DNA of 64,000 nt. Origin: Balanoglossus misakiensis (Eukaryota > Animalia > Hemichordata). The position numbers were made by a program, and so were the translations under genes. Of the stretch, positions 59,501-64,000 are shown piece after piece (position 1 is the first letter of the stretch; each line of letters opens with the position of its first letter). The notes beneath the pieces were generated by a model. The model saw only the letters and a program-made list of their open reading frames with translations. It had not been told where the DNA came from and made no database searches. The stretch covers positions 2,013,854 through 2,077,853 of the forward strand of contig CM082596.2 in NCBI GenBank assembly GCA_040954595.2, given 5' to 3'.

Positions 59501-62137
59501 CTGTCCAGTCACTTGCTTCTCTGTTCATTCTATCTACAGTCACCTTATTTTCACAAACAGCATCTCAAGATGCAAAAAATAAATCCTATTTTCTCAGCTT
59601 GCTCTTCTATCATTTGCAAATCATTCCCATTTGGCAGCAATGGTCTTGACCTCATCAGGGAGTTTGTTTGGGTAATCAGCACACAGCTGTCAATTCCAGG
59701 CCTGTCATTGACAACCACCGATATCCCGGAAATAGTCTCTGCGATGATACTTAGAGGTGTGACTGTCACCTCTCACTGTGATGGGTCATTGGTGGGAAAG
59801 ATGAAACATGTATAAACGCCGAGGGCTAAAAAGCTTTCAATGAAATAGAAGGTGTGGCTCCAGGGGAAGAAAGACACTGTATCTAATATCACACCTGAAG
59901 TCAATACACTGTGTATGATGTACGAAACCATACAAATTCAGTGAGGCTACACTGAGGTCTTTTACTGATGTGTACATGCAGTATTTCTGACAATCTTTGT
60001 CGATTTCATCAATTGGATGTTATGGATTTTAAAGAAAAATTTCAATTTTGTATTGTTTTGCTGATCAGACTTGGGAAAGGTGATATTTGGTGACGCTATG
60101 AAAGAGTTACAGTGAATTCAGTGTAGATTTTGTGGAGAGAAATTACAGTGATAGAAGAATTGAAAGAAGTGAACCTTTCTGTATGATAGGTGGAGACAGG
60201 GTTTCAGCTTAATGTGGCTTAGGAGGCAAGAGATTACTAGCGATTTTGCTATACAAATGTCATGTTGATATATAGTTTGACAACCTTGCGATTTGTCAGT
60301 GAAGCTCCCAATGTACATAAGTCATTTGCACAGCGCAGTTCCCAACTTCAAGACATTTGCTGAACATAGATTTTCTATTTTTAACATGGTTATTCTGGTT
60401 TAGAAGCTTGACATATGACAATAGATTATTTTGGTGTATTAAATATGTGTCCTGGTACAGGTGACATAGTTGAGTTTGCAAGGTCCCGTAACTTTTTCTA
60501 AATTATAGATAGCAAGGTGAGCCCCATTCCCAAGAAAACTATTTTTAGAATTTCAGGTCCCTTTGAGAAATATGAACTTGAAGGGTTTTGTGGACTACAT
60601 TCCTTCGGCATAAGGAAGACTGTCAATGCAAATTGGAAAATTAATTTGGAAACAGCCAAGTGGTACTCTGCAGAAACTAGTGTATTCCCCAAGCGTGGTT
60701 TGTAGGTGACACTGTCATATCAGGACATCTTGCCTGGCGACTTACTGTCTGTTTCATTTTGTTGAATTAAGTTTGCTTAATCAATGCGTAAGTTCTACAC
60801 TGGAAATTCCTGTTTGCACATCTCTCCAATTCTACTATGATGGACAAGAAGAAAGAAGTACCTATTAAATTTGACCGCTGACATTTTCATAGAGAAGGTA
60901 GTCATCAGGTTTTCAAATACCGTTTGAGTTGTGTATCTTTAGATGAAGTCTTTTTGATGCAGGGTTATATTTGACTGCGTGTTGTAATTAATTGATTCCA
61001 CTATAGTAGACCTGTTAGTCTCTGATCTCGGTTAGTTGAACCGATATTTCTGAATGTTAGTATGCACACAACGTTTTTTAATGAAACAAGGTTTGATGAA
61101 ATGGCCAGAGTGACCAAATTAATTAGAACATTTGATTTGTTTTTATAATACATAATATTGTAGCATTATGCTTCTGTATTTTCAACTTCTTAAAGAAGTG
61201 TATCCAGTTAAAAGTTTATTAATTATTGAAGAACCTCTCAGAATTCTTACATCGCAGAATTCCACGAAGCATGGCAGACACTATGTAATCACATATGCAT
61301 AGTGTTTATCATTTGACGAACGTGCACACTCAATATTTCAAACATATCGACTTGGGCTCTTGAAATGAAAACGATCAAATATGCATGAACAGCATCAAAG
61401 GCGGCTGTCTTATAGAGAAGAGGTCACAAGGTCAAATATTGCGGGTCATTGTTAAACTTTTTGTAAGAATATGAGCTCTGATACGACGGTGAGAAAGTGT
61501 AATCCCGACGTGTCATGCAGAAATGTGCTTGCTATTATCTAGTGCCAGCAGATATGACACTCAGGATTCTGATTTTAAGGAAATGTGATTTAATATTTCA
61601 TGATTCTGATTTGAGTAACTTGTCAATATGCCATTTCCTGAATATAAAGGTTATTTTGCCGCGGCCACTTCAAACTTGTCTAGTGTTTCTTTTTCATTAG
61701 GCAGTTGACATTTGCAAGGGGACAGCCATCTTTGTTTGCAAATGACTTTTCAATTTCTGGGCACCAGTCTTTCCCGTTGCCGCTCCCCCTTTCTGCAGAT
61801 TTCCTAATTCGTCTATTTTTCATGGCTATCTTATCACAAATTGCAAAAGGAAATGGCAGTGGAGACAGCCTGGCTAGGTCTTGTCACGGCAATCAGTCGG
61901 CTCCCACACCTAGGGGATATAATCTTTCAAGCAAAGAAGCAAAAAGACGCAGCAAAGAAAGATCAAATTGAGAGAGGAGCTCAATTTTCCTGCCAGCCGC
62001 TACCTGCCAGGACGTATATACAAGAATGTCCCGTATAGGTGCTGTGCTCTACTAATTTCAAGGTGTGGTGGGCTAGCTGCCGACGTTGCTCTTTTTCTTG
62101 GTGGTTTCATCTTGTCTCACACATTTCATCCTTTACC

Positions 62138-62176
62138 ATGGAGGGATTTATTCAAGCCTGCACACGTCACAGAGAG
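62138..62176 (+). CDS. Candidate internal alternative first exon (MEGFIQACTRHRE), phase 0
   Basis: accATGG Kozak context and GAG|gtgaat donor, with a promoter-like upstream region at 61.7-62.1 kb. Its phase equals that of the 53565 donor. Confidence 0.45.
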
Positions 62177-62842
62177 GTGAATACTGATTCTATCGCTTCA
62201 TTGACTCGTACAGTTGTTATAATTGTGGTTTTATTTGATTCTGTTTATTATTCCCTAACCTGCTGTTTGATTGACAAGTCCCGTGTATCCATTTTATGGT
62301 TTGTAAGCTTGCCTATCCTTTATTCATCTGGACTATCGCTAAACATACATTCATTGGTTGATTCATGATAGTATCACTGTTTAGTTCTCTCCGTCATTCA
62401 TATATCAATTGACCTCAGAACCCACAAAGCTACGCATTGTCCACCTGTACCTAGGTATTTTGTGTTATTCAGTTCTTGTAGCTTTTGCTGATTTATAGAC
62501 AGACTTCAGAGGTACGATAATACTGTTTTAATTCAGTTATTAATTAAATTATGGAAACTATTCACATGTTATATACTCCTGTTGATGAGCTGATGGAGTG
62601 ATTGATGTGCGCCTATAGGTATCACGATTTGTTCATCCATCTCTGAATCTAATGATGCATTTAACAGATGATTTGTCAGTCCATTTGCCCTTTCTATCGG
62701 TCACACTGACGCTCCCTTCCCAGAGGTGTGGCGATCCATCTAGCCAACCCTCCCGTCAGATCACCATGCATCCAACATTCTGTCCGTTCATTTGTCTGTC
62801 TTAGATTCTACTGGCCTTGCAATTCAACATGTTACCATGTTT

Positions 62843-62902
62843 CATCCATCCATCCATCCGTCCGTCTGTCCGTCCGTCTGTCCGTCCATCCATCCATCCA
62901 TT
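62843..62902 (+). repeat. (CCAT)n/(CCGT/CTGT)n compound tetranucleotide repeat
   Basis: catccatccatccatccgtccgtctgtccgtccgtctgtccgtccatccatccatcc. Confidence 0.85.
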
Positions 62903-64000
62903 GATCCTTCTGTCTCTCATCAATTCATCAATCACTCTTACATTTCTTCATTAGGACAAGCAAATAAAATTGTGTGGTTTCCAGATTTGATTTGCTGATG
63001 CCTGTCTCAAAGGCATTGAAACATTAATTTTTACCAAGTGCAGCTGTTTTTGCTGTGTCATCAAATGGAAGATTCAAACTGACTTCATTGTTAAGACTGA
63101 CAAGAAATGCTCGTACATGCTCTGAATCTCAACTCTGCCAAATGTGTTATCTGCATGAAATGCTTTGTCATAATGCCTCTCAGAAAGTCGGTTGTGAGAT
63201 GAGATCTGTCTGTCAGTGGTGAATACATTTTGAATATTGTTATTGATGAGGTGACCTGCCAGGCTGCATTGAAATGCACAACATGGTGTTAATTTGCATA
63301 CTTATTGAACGTTGTCCTCTAATGGTCTAGATGAGTTTGCAGACACAGACCACAGTTTCATTGAAGACAAGTAAATGAGCGAGGTGTGTTCCTGTGATGT
63401 GTATAATTGGTGTTACGGTTACTGGGTGTTCAGTTTGATTGCTCATGATCAATATTTGGTATGCAGGCTGATGTAAATTGTACTGCTCTGGCAGCATTTT
63501 AGCTATTGAGTCGAGTTGAATATCAGTGAAAATTTTGAGTTTGTAAGTGCATCAGGGTACATATAAGTGATAAAAAGATGTCATGTGAAGCTGCATTTCA
63601 TTAGTAGTATCAGGCGTGTATTTCTGTTATGTCTCCCAGGTTGTATCAGTACATGTAATATGCCACAACAAAATCTCCTTTTTGTAAGAGACGAGATTGT
63701 AAAACCATTACTAGACCCCCACATGCTACTGTAAAACTATAATTTCAAAAAGTTCAGCAAAATTACTACATTCAGGGCATCAGGATATCAATTTTAAAAT
63801 CACTCCAGGTGATAAATCCTTCAGTTCACCTATACGAGCAACAGATGCCTTTACCTGTGTTTTATAATGAGCCAAGCCTATTAGTGATGGTGCAGGTAAT
63901 AGATGTTTTATAAGAAATGCCTTTCTTTGCTGCAAGCACTTGTGTTAAAACTCCTGACGCCTTGATCCAGCACTTCAACAATTAATCCCTGCCCCCAACC

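Overview
Intron-rich, AT-rich animal genomic DNA. It is probably from a marine invertebrate (a deuterostome is a guess); it is not prokaryotic, so most short ORFs in the track are exon fragments or noise. Manual splicing (GT-AG, phase-checked) gives: (1) alsin/ALS2 on the minus strand, ATG at 15213, running off the left edge, with RCC1-like, DH/PH and MORN regions; (2) a complete KIF9 kinesin (+, 16436-22663, ~813 aa) head-to-head with ALS2; (3) an unrecognised 3-exon 120-aa gene (-, 24041-24814) head-to-head with (4) a complete EZH2/E(z) gene (+, ~25733/25919-31394); (5) the 5' part of an unidentified long-intron gene (+, from 34576) with a Lys/Glu-rich exon at 53478 and several phase-matched alternative first exons. 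The most notable observations are three frame-preserving cassette exons inside the alsin PH domain, an alternative alsin first exon, a spliced overlapping uORF in the EZH2 leader, a hairpin-dense non-coding block just downstream of EZH2, a TATA-preceded structured segment at ~54 kb, and short MITEs (a TTAA/piggyBac-like family). All homology calls come from recalled protein motifs; no searches were run.
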